Part shown: positions 24,911-37,476 of the stretch, piece after piece
Numbering within the stretch: position 1 is the stretch's first letter
How the letters are laid out: the number at the start of each line of letters is the position of its first letter
Assembly: GCF_963921235.1 (NCBI RefSeq)
Contig: NC_086097.1
Coordinates: forward strand, 176,702,001-176,766,000
Source of the DNA: Mobula hypostoma
Lineage: Eukaryota
Direction of reading: 5' to 3'
DNA: 64,000 nucleotides
The notes under the pieces: model-generated
Databases searched by the model: none
What the model saw: only the letters and a program-made list of their open reading frames with translations
Told to the model about the DNA's origin: nothing
Translations under genes and position numbers: made by a program

Positions 24911-27900
24911 TGTTGCAACGAATGAGGCGAACCCAAGCACAGGACACAGGCACGGAGATTTAGTTAGGATGCAGACACGGGCATGAGCGTTGAATGGCAA
25001 ACAGGAGGGAGAGCAGGAAGACAAGAGACAGGCAGAATTTATCTTGACACGGAGAGACTGGGTTTCACAGGTAAACCTCAGAACTGGAGTAGAACTTAGA
25101 AAACTGATCTGACACTGGGAGATTGAGTTTCACAGATAAATCTCGGTACTGAAGCAAAAATTAAGACACACAATCCTAAGCGGCCGCACTGGCAAAACCA
25201 ACAATCTGGCAACTAGTGGGTGCAAAGCCGGGCTTCTTATGCTGCAGATATTGAGGAAAACCAGGTGTGTCGTCATCAAAGGGAATTAGGAGAAAATGGC
25301 GAATTAACGGTCAGGACTGTGACAGGCCCGCCATCCCCCCTTAACGAGAGCCTCCACGCGAACCACCAGGATTGTCTGGATTGTCTCGATGGAAATCACG
25401 GATGAGGGAAGGGTCCAGGATGAAGGAGTGGGGAATCCAGGTGTGCTCCTCAGGGCCGTAATCCTCCCAATCGACCAGGTACTGGAGACACCTGCCTCAA
25501 CGGCGCACATCCAGTATTCACCGGATGGTGTACGCTGGGTAATCGTCAATGACCCGGGTGGGAGGAGGAGGTTCAGCAGGAGGGCACAAAGGGCTGACAG
25601 ACACAGGTTTCAATTGGGAGACGTGGAACGCGGGATGAAACTGCATGGATCTGGGCAGTTTGAGTCTGACTACCAAGGGGTTGATAATGCTCTGAATCTC
25701 GAATGGCCCGAGGTAGCGAGGGGCGAGTTTCTTGGGGGGATGTCTTTTGACGAGAGCCAAACCTTCTGACCAGGCCAATAATTAGGTGCATGAATTCGAT
25801 GGCGATCGGCAATCCTTCTGTTGCAGTCGGCTGAGCGGAGCAGGGCTGCGCGTGCATCCTTCCAGATCTTGCGGCACCGGCGGGGATGAGCCTGAACTGA
25901 AGGCACAGCAATGTCATCTTCGTGGGCAGGAAACAGAGGGGATTGATAGCCAAGGGAGCATTCGAAGGGAGACATTCTGGTGGTGGTGCTGACCAGGGAG
26001 TTGTGGGCATACTCCACCCAAACGAGATGGGTGCTCCAGGATGACGGGTTGTTGGCGGTTATGCAGCGCAGTGCTTCCAAATCCTGGTTTGCTCGTTCTG
26101 TTTGACTATTAGTCTGTGGATGGAAGCCAGAAGACAGGCTTACTGAGGCTCCAAGGGCTTGACAAAAGGATCTCCAGAATTGAGAGGTGAATTGGGGGCC
26201 CCAGTCAGAAACAATGTCAGAGGGAATTCCATGAAGGCGGAAGACGTGATGGACAAGGAGGTCGGCTGTCTCATGGGCTGTAGGGAGTTTGGGAAGGGCT
26301 ACAAAGTGCACGGCTTTGGAGAAGCAGTCCACCACGGTGAGTACGGCAGTGTTCCCATGTGAAGTGGGTAGTCCAGTGACGAAATCCAGAGCAATGTGAG
26401 ACCAAGGGCAGCTAGGGACAGGTATGGGACGAAGCAACCCAGCAGGTGTTCAATGGAAAGCTTTTCCGTGGGCACACACAGTACAGGCAGAGACGAAGGG
26501 GCGAGTGTCAGCATCCATGGCGAGCCACCAGAAATGACGCTTCAGAAGTGACAGAGTTCAATCGATTCCAGGATGGCAGGTGAACTGGGAAGTAGGCCCC
26601 CACTGGAGAACCTTAGACCGAACAGAATCAGGCACAAAGAGGCCACTGGGGGGTCCATTGCCTGGGTCAGGTTGGGTCCGTTGGGCCTCTTTGACTACAG
26701 ACTTGATCTCCCAGGTGAGGACAGCCACAACACAGGATGGTGAAAGGATGGTATCGGAGTTGGGAAGGCCCTCCTCAGAGATGTATTGACTAATTATGAT
26801 CAGAGATTAAGGGAGCTAGGGCTTTACTCTTTGGAGAGAAGGAGGATGAGAGGAGGCATGATAGAGGTGTACAAGATAATAAGAGAAATAGATAGAGTGG
26901 ACAGCCAGCGCCTCTTCCCCAGGGCACCACTGTTCAATACAAGAGGATATGGCTTTAAGGTAAGAGGTGGGAAGTTCAAGGGGGATATTAAAGGAAGGTT
27001 TTTTACTTAGAGAGTGGTTGGTGCGTGGAATGCACTGCCTGAGTCAATGGTGGAGGCAGATACACTCGTGAAGTTTAAGAGACTACTAGACAGGTATACG
27101 GAGGAATTTAAGGTGGGGGGTTATATGGGAGGCAGGGTTTGAGAGTCGGCACAACATTGTGGGCTGAAGGGCCTGTAATGTGCTGTACTATTCTATGTTC
27201 TATGTTCTAAAGAGAGCATCGGGCTTCCCGTTCTCGGAGCCAGGACTATAAGTGAGTGTGAGTCTGAAATGGCCAAAAAATAATGCCCAACAGGCTTGGC
27301 GGGAATTTAGGTGTTTGGCGGTTTGGATGTATGCAAAGTTCTTGTGATCTGTCCAGACAATAAATGTATGTTCTGCTCCCTCCAGCCAGTACCTCCACTC
27401 CTCCAAGGCGAGTTTGACGACCAGCAACTCCTGGTCCCCAACGTCGTAATTCCGTTCAGCGGGGGATAGACGATGAGAGAAGAAGGCGCAGGGATGGAGC
27501 TTTTGGTCTAGGACAGAGCATTGGGAAAGGACCGCTCCCACCCCAGAGTCAGGGGTGTCGACTTCCACAATGAATTGACGAGAGGGGTCAGGTTGGGCCA
27601 GGATGGGAGCGGAAGTGAAATGCCTCTTTAGCTTCGAGAAGGCTGAGTCCACTTTGGGGTCCCAGTGAAAAGGGGTCGTAGGAGAGGTGACTCGAGTAAG
27701 GGGCTGCCACCTGGCTGTAATCCCTGATGAAGCGACGATAAAAGTTTGTGAACCCCAGAAATCACTGGGGTTGTTTGAGCGTCATGGGTTTTGACCACTC
27801 TGCCACTGCCCGGATCTTTTCAGGATCCACCCTCACTTGCCCCCTCTCAATGATGTACCCCAGAAAACTGACAGAAGGGACATGAAACTCACACTTCTCT

Positions 27901-30543
27901 GCCTTAATGAATAGCTTGTTCTCCAAAAGCCTCTGAAGAACATGACGGACATGGTGGGAGTGTTCCTGAAGACTGCGGGAGAAGATTAGGATGTCAACCA
28001 AATAAACAAAAACGAAACGGTTAATGAAGTCCCTAAGGACATCGTTTACCAGGGCTTGGAAGACGGCGAGAGCATTGGTGAGACCGAGTGGCATGACCAG
28101 ATATTCAGAATGATCAAGAGGGGTGTTAAATGCTGTTTTCCACTCATCTCCCTCCCTTATCCTGACCAGGTGATAAGCACTCCATGGGTCCAACTTAGAG
28201 AAAATTGTGGCTCCGTGAGGTGGTTCGAAAGCAGAGTTGATAAGGGGCAGGGGATACGTATTCTTTATGGTGATGCTGTTCAGGCCACAGTAGTCAAGGC
28301 AGGGGCACAGTGAGCCGTCTTTTCTCCCCCACAAAGAAGAAACCTGCGCCTACAGGAGAGAATGAGGGTCAGATAATGCCAGCCGCGAGAAAGTCATTTA
28401 GGTAAGCCTCCATTGCTTCCCTTTCTGGTCGAGACAGGTTATACAGCCAACTGGTGGGTAGAGGGGCTCCGGGGAGAAGGTCAATTGCACAATGGTAAGG
28501 GCGATGTGGAGGCAGGGAAAGAGCCCGTTGCTTACTAAACACTTCTCCCAGGTGGTGATACTCTGCTGGAACCTTGGATAAGTCGGGGGTTCAGAGGCAG
28601 ACGAGGTCATGGTGACCTCCACTGGGGAAAGGGCTGATTGTAGACAAGTGGAGTGACAGCTGACTATCCTCCCAGTGGACCAGTCAATGCAGGGGTTATG
28701 GCGGCTTAACCAGGGGTAACCAAGAACTATAGGAGCTTGAGGAGAGGAAATTAAATTGAATTGTACCTGTTCCCGATGGTTCCTGGAGAGAAGGAGAGAC
28801 AGGGGTGGTGTGCAGTGTGTGACTCGGGCCAGTAATCTACCGTCCAGTGCCCGGGCTTCCAGGGGGGCACGCAACGGCTCACGAGGAATTCTGGCCCAGA
28901 AAGCTAAGTCTTCATCCAAAAGGTTTCCCTCGACGCTGGAGTCTACTAGTGCTGACAGAGGCAGGGACTGTTGGTTGTAACATAAAGTAGCTTGAAGCTG
29001 CATCCGGGTTTGGGGGACGGAAGGGAATGTTGTCTGGCTCACCAGGGTCCCCCTCTCTACTGGTGAGTCTTCCCTTTTTGGCTGAAGGGGACAGGTAGCA
29101 CGGAAGTGGCCGGACTGGCTGCAATATGGTCGCTCACCCACTCTCAATCTCCGGAGTCGTTCTGTGGAGGAAAGACAGTTCCGCCCCAGCTGCATGGGTT
29201 CCTCTCCCAGGTCAGTGGAAACGGCCGGGCTGGAAACTACTCTAGGAGCAGGAGGAGGAGAGAGACTTGTTCTGGCGGGAGGCGGTAATGAGTGCCGAGG
29301 AGTGGCCAAAGGCTGTGGACGACCAGTTCTTTCTCTATGGCATTCTCGGAGACGATTGTCCAACCTGGTGGCTAGGGAGATCAAGGAACCCGGGCTGTCG
29401 GTGTCGTCTCTTGCCACCAACTCGTCTTTTACCATGTTGCTGAGACCATTCCGAAATAACCCTTGGAGTGCCTCATTGTTCCACTCCGAGTCGGCCGCTA
29501 ATGTCCGGAACGCCACAGAATATTCGGCAACACTGCGTGAACCCTGACTGAGAGTGAGTAGACATTTGGCGGCGTCTTTACCACGGACGGGGTCGTCAAA
29601 GATCTTTCTCATTTTCACGATAAAGGTGGCAAAAGAAGAGCAGATATCCGGTTGGCTATCCTCAGCAGCTGTGGCCCATGCTAAGGCACTTCCCCGCAAC
29701 AACCTCATGATGTAATCAATCTTTGATTTATCCGTGAAGTACATGGACAACTGCTGTTCGAACACCAAGGAGCACTGAAGAAGGAAGGCCCGGCACTTTC
29801 CCAAATCCCCAGCGTAATGCTTCGGTTCAGGTACGTGATGCTGTCTTGGCGGGAGTGTTACTGGCATGTAGGGGATTGCCGCTACAGGCTGTCTGGGCTG
29901 GTCAGACAGGGTTCCAGGAGTGGATAGGGTAAAATGAGTGGATACACGGTCCACCTGGTCACCAATCTTTGTTATGTCAGCAGACAGGGAACGGAGGTTC
30001 TTCATGACCTCCTGGAGGAGTTGGTCGTACAGACTCAGTAGGGAACCCTGGCTGGCGAGGGCTTGTTGAAGAGTATTCGTGTCCACTGGGTCCATAATGG
30101 CCAGATCGTTCTGTTGCAACGAATAAGGCGAACCCAAGCGTAGGACACAGGCATGGAGATTTAGTTAGGATGCAGACGCGGGCGTGATTGTTGAATGGCA
30201 AACAGGAGGGAGAACGGGAAGGTAGGAGACAGGCAGAATTTATTTTGACATGGAGAGACTGGTTTTCACAGGTAAACCTCAGAACTTGAGTAATACTTAG
30301 AAAACTGATCTTGACACAGAGAGACTGAGTTTCACAGATAAATCTCGGTACTGAATCAAAACTTAGGACACACAATCCTAAGCGACCGGGAAACGTTAAT
30401 TACCACACTGGCAAAACCAACGATCTGGCAACTAGTGGGTGCAAAGCCGGGCTTCTTATGCTGCCATTCTTGATGAAAACTAGGTGTGTCATCATCAAAG
30501 GGAATTAGGAGAAAATGGGGAATTAACAGTTGGGACTGTGACA
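24911..30543 (-). mobile_element. Full-length Ty3/Gypsy chromovirus (sushi-like) LTR retrotransposon, inactivated
   Basis: LTRs 24911-25324 and 30112-30543 (TG...CA); 5-bp TSD TAAGG; gag-protease 28398-30137, RT 27762-28334, RNase H 27200-27652, integrase 25670-26437 ([20 protein letters not shown]), GPF motif and chromodomain ([13 protein letters not shown]). Confidence 0.97.
26790..27207 (+). mobile_element. 5'-truncated CR1 inserted in Gypsy pol
   Basis: [20 protein letters not shown]; tail ttctatgttctatgttcta; possible ctaa TSD. Confidence 0.92.
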
Positions 30544-31232
30544 TAAGGTGAATAAGTCCCCAGGTCCTAATGAGATATCCCCCACATTATAGATAGAGGC
30601 AAGACAAGAGATTGCTGGGACCTTGATGAATATCTTTGCGTCCTTTCTAGCCACAGGCAGGGTCCCGGAGGACTGGTGAGTAGCTAATGTTGTTCCATTA
30701 TTCAAGAAAGGAACCAAGGATAATCCTGGAAACTATAGACCATTCAGTCTCACGTCAACGGCAGCGGTGTTACTGGAGAGAATTATTAGGGTTAGGATTA
30801 ATGAGCATTTGGAGAACCATGGCCTAATTATGGAGAGCCAGCATGGCTTTGTGCAGTGTAGGTCCTATCTTAATACCTTGATTCAGTTTTAGATGAAATG
30901 ATAATATTGATTGTTGGAGGTAGAGTTTTAGTATGGCTTATGACAAGGTCCCTCATGGGAGGCTCATCAAGAGGATTGAGGTACATTGGATCTGTGGTGA
31001 ATTGGCTGCTTGGATTCAGAACTGGCTTGCCCATGGAAGGGACTTATTTTGGCTATAGGTCTGTCAATGTTTAATAGAGGTAAGGAGAGAAATAAAGGGA
31101 ATGAGAAAAAAAGATAGTAAGGGAAACACAAGTAATATATGGAAAAATAAAGCAGAGAGAAAGATAAAAATTGAAAAAGAAATAATGAGGGAGATAAAAA
31201 TGGAAAAGAAGAGATAGGAGAGACAAAATGAT

Positions 31233-31236
<4 letters not shown>

Positions 31237-31266
<30 letters not shown>
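31237..31266. repeat. (AG)n microsatellite in a purine-rich tract
   Basis: About 15 AG units. Confidence 0.95.
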
Positions 31267-31269
<3 letters not shown>

Positions 31270-31426
31270 TGGAATGTGAATGAGCTTTTCATGCTAAGTT
31301 AGACTGATCATTTTCATTATCACCCAAGGTGGCTTCAACACCAACCTTTCATCTCTCAGACTGGTATTCATCTGGAAGAGCGGGAGAGGCACATAAACGT
31401 GGTTAAAGTGAAAGTAAATGAAATAA

Positions 31427-31921
31427 CGCTCAGAGAGATTCGGCGGGGGGGCCATGGTCGAGTGGTCGGTGACATGGGCTGGCTCCCCCATTGGACTTAG
31501 TCTGGTGAGGAGGGTGTGAGGACACCCTGCAGGACTGAAAAAACAAGACCTGACAAAGGGCAGATGAGCTCCTTGTGAGCCAACGGCCATCTTCCATGGA
31601 AGAGATTAAAGCCTCACCACGTATCTACGAATCGTATGCTATGCACCTAGTTAGAAGAGATATGATGAACTTGGGCACTGCACCATGTACCTGGACCTGC
31701 CCAAGGCCTCTGCCTAAGGAAGGGCCGAGCTCGAAGAAGCGGCCGCAGCTGGAGGCTGACTCGGCCTCGGGCTCGAGTTAGGCGGCGGCGGACGGTGCCA
31801 AGGCGGTCAGCAAGAAGAAACTGGAGGAGAGGCTGTACTTGGTGCTGTCACAAGATCAAAGAAGATGGAGGTGCATAGCCACCAACACCGGATTCGGGAC
31901 GGCACCCACTGACTGACTGAC
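31427..31921 (+). mobile_element. Non-autonomous RTE-type retroposon carrying a host-gene fragment
   Basis: tgaaataa direct repeat (31419-31426, 31922-31929); RTE-like ORF start MMNLGT; RTE-like end QDQRRWRCIATN; (ACTG)n tail. Confidence 0.7.
31678..31848 (+). pseudogene. CYHR1: Circularly permuted fragment of the CYHR1/ZFTRAF1 5' coding region
   Basis: CTMYLDLPKASA* precedes EGPSSKKRPQLEA...KKKLEERLYLVL; recalled CYHR1 order is PPKKRLR...[25 protein letters not shown]. Confidence 0.82.
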
Positions 31922-32980
31922 TGAAATAAGAGGGTTATATTTTGTCTTTGACTCAGGAGGTTGCCTACCCAGGAAGAAACTGAGTGAAACTGAGTGAATG
32001 AACACCACTATACCTTGCTATTCCTCTTTCACACTGTTAATTTATTTTTGGTGTTATTTATAGTCATTTGTAATGCCTGCACTGTAATGCTTCAAAACAC
32101 AAAAAAAATTCACGACTTAATAAACCTGATTCCGAGAGTCAGATGGGCCATCACAGACTCCTTCACATGTGTTGGAAGGACACTGGACCTGTTGTGGAGG
32201 ACTTTATGGTTTGATATCTTGTGATGCCACTACAACAGATTTTGTGGCCCTAGACACAACTGCTGGATCTTGCTGTGCACAGACTGAGACTGCTCTGCAA
32301 ATGTCTGACACTGCCTTCTCTGAGCCCCCGACAGGCAGCCCCTTCCTGGAATTGGGTTGTAGAGGCAAATGTGCCCACCAACACTTCTACTTCCTCATAC
32401 AAGCCAAAGAAATTCGACATTTCTCTCTTAGCTCCCTCCAACTTTCATTGATCCACCATAAAAAGCATCCTGTCTGGATGTAACGTAGATGGTATGGCAA
32501 CTGTTCTGCACGTGACCACAAGAAGCTGCAGAGAGTTTTGGACACAGCTCGGCACCTCACAGGGAAGAACCTCCCCTCTATGGCCTCAGTAAATCAGCCA
32601 GCATATTTGCATGGGCATCTCAGGAAAGCGGGGTGACAGGAGCTAGGGATCGCCCATTGATATTGGTATTGGTAGGGTTGAGGGTCCATTGTATCATTCA
32701 GGAGGTCCATTCAAGAGTCTGACAGCAGCAGGATAGACACTGTTCTTCAGCTTTATTGATAGGCTATTTTAGGCTATTTTATTTTTGAGGTACAGAAACA
32801 TTTTACCAGGATGCTGCTTGGATTAGAGGGTATGAGGTATTTGGGGAGGCTCAAGAAACTTGGGTTGTTTTCTCTGGGGTGGCAGAAGCTGAAAGGAAAA
32901 TAAGTTTATAAGCATATGAGAGGCATAGATGGTCAGCCTTTTTCCCAGCGTAGAAATGTTAAGTAATAGAGGCCATAGAT

Positions 32981-34179
32981 CAGGGGTCCCCAACCTTTTT
33001 TTGCACTGCGGACCGGTTTATTATTGACAATATTCTTGCAGACCGGCCGACCTGGGGGGTGGGGGGGTTAGGGCTACCAATGGACAAGAGTAGCAGTTAC
33101 ACACATCAAAGTTGCTGGTGAACGCAGCAGGCCAGGCAGCATCTCTAGGAAGAGGTACAGTCGGCGTTTCAGGCCGAGACCCTTTGTCAGGACTCGTCGT
33201 TTTTGGCAATTCTGTTCGGGGGGTTGGGGGTGTTAATCACGACCGGAATATAGGTGATAAGTGGCTAATACACTCAATTTCGTTTCTAAAAGGGTTCATC
33301 TAACGAACTTAATATTAAAAACGCAGCACATATTTTCCTGGCATGAATACAGTGATAAGTCAATTATCAGGGGAGCTTGAAGTAAGTGTTGAATGAACTT
33401 CCAGTAGAAGTGGTAGAGGCAGGTTCGATATTATCATTTAAGTAAAATTGGATAGGTATATAGACAGGAAAGGAATGGAGGGTTATGGGCTGAGTGCAGG
33501 TCGGTGGGACTAGGTGAGAGTAGCGTTCGGCACGGACTAGAAGGGCAGAGATGGCCTGTTTCCATGCTGTAATTGTTATATGGTTATATAAGTCAATAGC
33601 ATCATAACATTTTAAGTAACGTTTGGATATTAAACACACAGCACATATTTCCCCGTATGAACATATAAAATCATTGCAACACACCAATATCGCTGAATCA
33701 GTGGGAGCCCTGGGCTGAATACTTGTTCCCTGCAACAAGACGGTCCTATCGAGGGGTGATGAGAGATGGCAATACTCGAAGGCAGTTCCTTATGTCCAGT
33801 CTATACCGCAATTTAGTTTTCGTTGCATTCATTGCAGAGATACGTTGGAAATGGAAGCAACGTTTTCGGTGCTTTCCTGGCTATCTCAGGATATTCAGCC
33901 TTGACTTTGATCCAGAATACCGGCAGAGATGTTATGTCAAACATACTTTTCAGCCCGCCGTCACTTGTAAGCTTGAGGAGTTGATCTTCTTCTCGCGCTG
34001 ACGTGGATGACGCGTGCATAATGACCTCGCGTGCATTCAAATTCCAACAGTGGCCGTGACAGGGAATGAGGAAAGGTGCAGCTGACTCATATCACCAAAT
34101 CATATTGTTTCCTCGCGGCCCGGTAGCGTATGCTTTGCGGCCTGGAACCGGTCTGCGGCCCGGTGGTTGGGGACCGCTG
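32981..34179 (-). mobile_element. hAT (Charlie/Buster, MER1/Charlie3-like) internally deleted DNA transposon with nested Penelope and CR1 pieces
   Basis: TIRs caggggtccccaac / gttggggaccgctg; 8-bp TSD ccatagat/gcatagat with central TA; dimerisation-domain peptide FWIKVKAEYPEIARKAPKTLLPFPTYLC. Confidence 0.92.
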
Positions 34180-36679
34180 GCATAGATTATATGATGGATT
34201 TACTGAGTATGTCTACAAGAAAATAATCTCAGGGTTGTATATGATGATATATATGTACTTTGATATTAAATTTACATTGAATTTTGAACTTTGAACATCA
34301 ACATAGAAATTTTGATCACGGATACAGGGAGAAAATGCAAAGTATATACAGGACTGAACCTTTCACACTATCCTAATTTGGAAATAATTTTGTGATTTAC
34401 GGTATAGTAATTTAATCTTTGCACAGCATTGATGCTGCAAATTTTATGCCATGTAAGTCAGGTACAATAAATCTGATTCTGATTCTGGAATATATCACTG
34501 GTCCTTCATCAACACTGAGTCTAAATCCTGGAACGTCCTTGCTGACAGTACTGTGGAAGCACGTTCACGAAAAGGACCGCAGCAGTTCTGAAAGGCAGCT
34601 CACCATTGCCTCCTCGAGGGCAGTTAGGGATGGGCAATAAATGCTGGGCTAGGCTCAACACTGAACAATTAAAATTGGTAGTTTAGCCACAGCCTGCCAA
34701 GGGATACATATGATGAACTCATTTGCCTCTTCCTGTGCCTCTCCATGATTCCACAAATTACAATGGGGAGTGCAAAATGGAATTGGGGATTGGAAGAAAA
34801 GATAATTCAAATCAGGAGATGACACATAATTGGCACAATGTTAGAAAATGATTGTCAACCCACCACTCTTGTAGTTCTCAAAAGCTTTTGATATTATTTA
34901 ATCATCTTTTGTAAGCCTTGAATTGGAAATCAACTCGTTTTAGCTTTGATACACAGATATATGTAGAGAAAAGCTGCTTATCACAAGTGCTTTTGAAAAG
35001 CTGGCTTCTCATTCTGCCTGAGCAGAACAATGTGGCAATAATTGTGTATAATTTGCAATAAAGGCTCCATAAAAAAATTGGATTCATGACTGGATTGTGA
35101 AGTATTGTAAAGTTTGTGGGTTTTTATTTAGAAGGCATTCTAACTAGTGTTTTTGCATTTAAAATTGAGAAGAAAACACTTCTGTATAAAGTTATTTTTC
35201 CAAAGTTTCCAAATCTTAGAAAACAAAATAAGAACTTTCATGTTGATGTGTCATGGTATTCTGGTGAAAGGTTAGGGACCTGAAAAGTTAACCTTAACTA
35301 TAGCTTTACAAAAAACTAGCTGCAAGAGGACTCAATGGATCAGGAGGGAAATGGAAAGTTGACATTTTGTATCGGGATCCTTCCCTGGAGTGAAAGATAG
35401 AGGATACATAGTCAGTATTCAGCGATGATGGGAAGCAATGGGAGCAGATCAGTGGGCAACAGGTGTAACTACAAACACAAGAAATTCTGTAGATGCTGGA
35501 AATCCAAACCAACTTACACAAAATGCTGGAAGAACTCAGCAGCATCTATGAAAATGAGTAAACAGTCTGCGTTTTAGGCCAAGGTCCTTCTTCAGAACTG
35601 GAAAGGAAGGGGGAAGACACTAGAATAAAAAGGTGGGGGTAGGGGAAGAATGATAGCTAGAAAGTTATAGTCGAAGCCAAGTAGATGGGAAAGGTAAAAG
35701 GCTGGGATTGAAGGCATCGGATTGGAGAGGAAAGTGGACCATAGGAGAAAGGGAAGGAGGAGGGGCACCAGGAGGAGGTGATAAGCAGGTGAGATAAGCC
35801 AGAGTGGAGAATAGAAGGAGGGGAGGGAAAGGGAATTTTTTTACTGGATGGAGAAATCGATATTCATGTCATCAGGTTGGAGGCTACCCAGATGGAATAT
35901 AAGGTATTGCCCCTCCACCCTGAGGGTGGCTTCATCATGGCACAAGAGGAGGCCAGGGACCGATATGTCAGAATGGGAATGGGAATGGGAATTAAAATGT
36001 TGTGCCACTGGGAATTTCCACTTTTGTTGGATGGAACTAAGGTGCTTGCCAAGGCGGTCCCCCAATTTACATTGTATCTCACCAATGTAAAGGTGGCCAC
36101 CTCGGGAGCACTGGACACAATAGATGACTGCAGCAGATTCACAGTGAAGTGTTACCTCATCTGGAAGGACTGTTTGAGGCCCTGAAAGAACCTGAGAAAA
36201 CAAGTGAATGGGCAGGTGCAGCACTTCAACCATATGCAGGGATGAGTTGGGAGGGGTGAACGGACAAGTGAATCACAGAGATCCCATGGAAGGCAGAAAG
36301 CTGGGGGGAGTTAATGACGGGTTTAGTGGTAGGGTCCCTTGGAGATAGTAGAAGTTGCAGAGAATGCTGTGGAGGCTCTTGTGGTGGTGTATAAGGGCGA
36401 GATGTACTCTATCACTGCTAAGGCGGCAGGAAGATGGGGGTGAGTGTGGATATCCAGGTAATGGTGCAGATGTAAATGAGGGCAGCAACCAATGGTGGAG
36501 GAAGGGAAAGTCCGTTGTTTGAAGAAGGAGGACAGCTCTGATGTTCTGGATAGAAAAGCCTCATTCTGGGAATGGATGCGGTGGAAACTAGGAACTGAAA
36601 AAAGGGAATAGGATTTTTAGAGGACACAGGGTGGGAAGAGGTATAGTCAAGATAGTCATGGGAATCGGTAGGTTTCCAC

Positions 36680-37476
36680 TGGGGCTGAGAAGTGGCAGAT
36701 GGAGTTCAACCCGGATAAGTGTGATAGGTCAAATATGATGGCAGAATATAGTATTAATGGCAAGACTCTTGGCAGTGTGGAGGATCAGAGGGATCTTGTG
36801 GTCCGAGTTCAAAGGATACACAAAGCTGCTGCGCAAGTTAGCAATGTGGTTAAGAAAGCATATGGTGCATTGGCCTTCATCAATCATGGGTTCGAGTTTA
36901 AGAGCCGAGAGGTAATGTTGCAGCTATATAGGACCATGGTCAGACCCCACTTGGAGCACTGTGCTCAGTTCTGGTCGCCTCACTACAGGAAGGATGTGGA
37001 AACCATTGAAAGGGTGCAGAGGAAATTTACAAGGATGTTGCCTGGATTGGGGAGCATGCCTTATGAGAACAGGTTGAGTGAACTCAGCCTTTTCTCCTTG
37101 GAGCAATGGAGGATGAGATGTGACCTGATAGAGGTGTATAAGATGATGAGAGGCATTGCTCGTGTGGATAGTCAGAGGCTTTTTCCCAGGGCTGGAATGG
37201 CTAGTACAAGAGGGCATAGTTTTAAGATGCTTGGAAGTAGGTACAGAGGAGATGTCAGGAGTAAGTTTTTTACGCAGGGAGTGGTGAGTGCGTGGAATGG
37301 GCTGCCAGCGATGGTGGTGGAGGCGGATACGATAGAGTCTTTTAAGAAACTCTTGGACAGGTACATGGAGCTCAGAAAGATAGAGGGCTATGGGTAACCC
37401 TAGGTAATTTCTAAGGTAAGGACATGTTCAGCACAACTTTATGGGCCGAAGTGCCTGTATTGTGCTATGTTTCTAC
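36680..37476 (+). mobile_element. CR1 3' part inserted in Penelope
   Basis: ORF 36699-37397 (232 aa) is CR1 ORF2 C-terminus. Confidence 0.95.

Larger units (their letters stand above)
24066..31070 (+). mobile_element. CR1 ORF2 fragment split by the Gypsy element
   Basis: Reading ...gcaa-taagg-tgaataagtcccc (IKVNKSPGP) is restored when 24911-30548 is removed. Confidence 0.88.

Noticed and set aside
28398..30137. 579-aa ORF as a domesticated PEG10/RTL-like gene
   Set aside because: Lies in a complete element with LTRs and TSD; zinc knuckle and protease motifs are mutated and pol is frameshifted.
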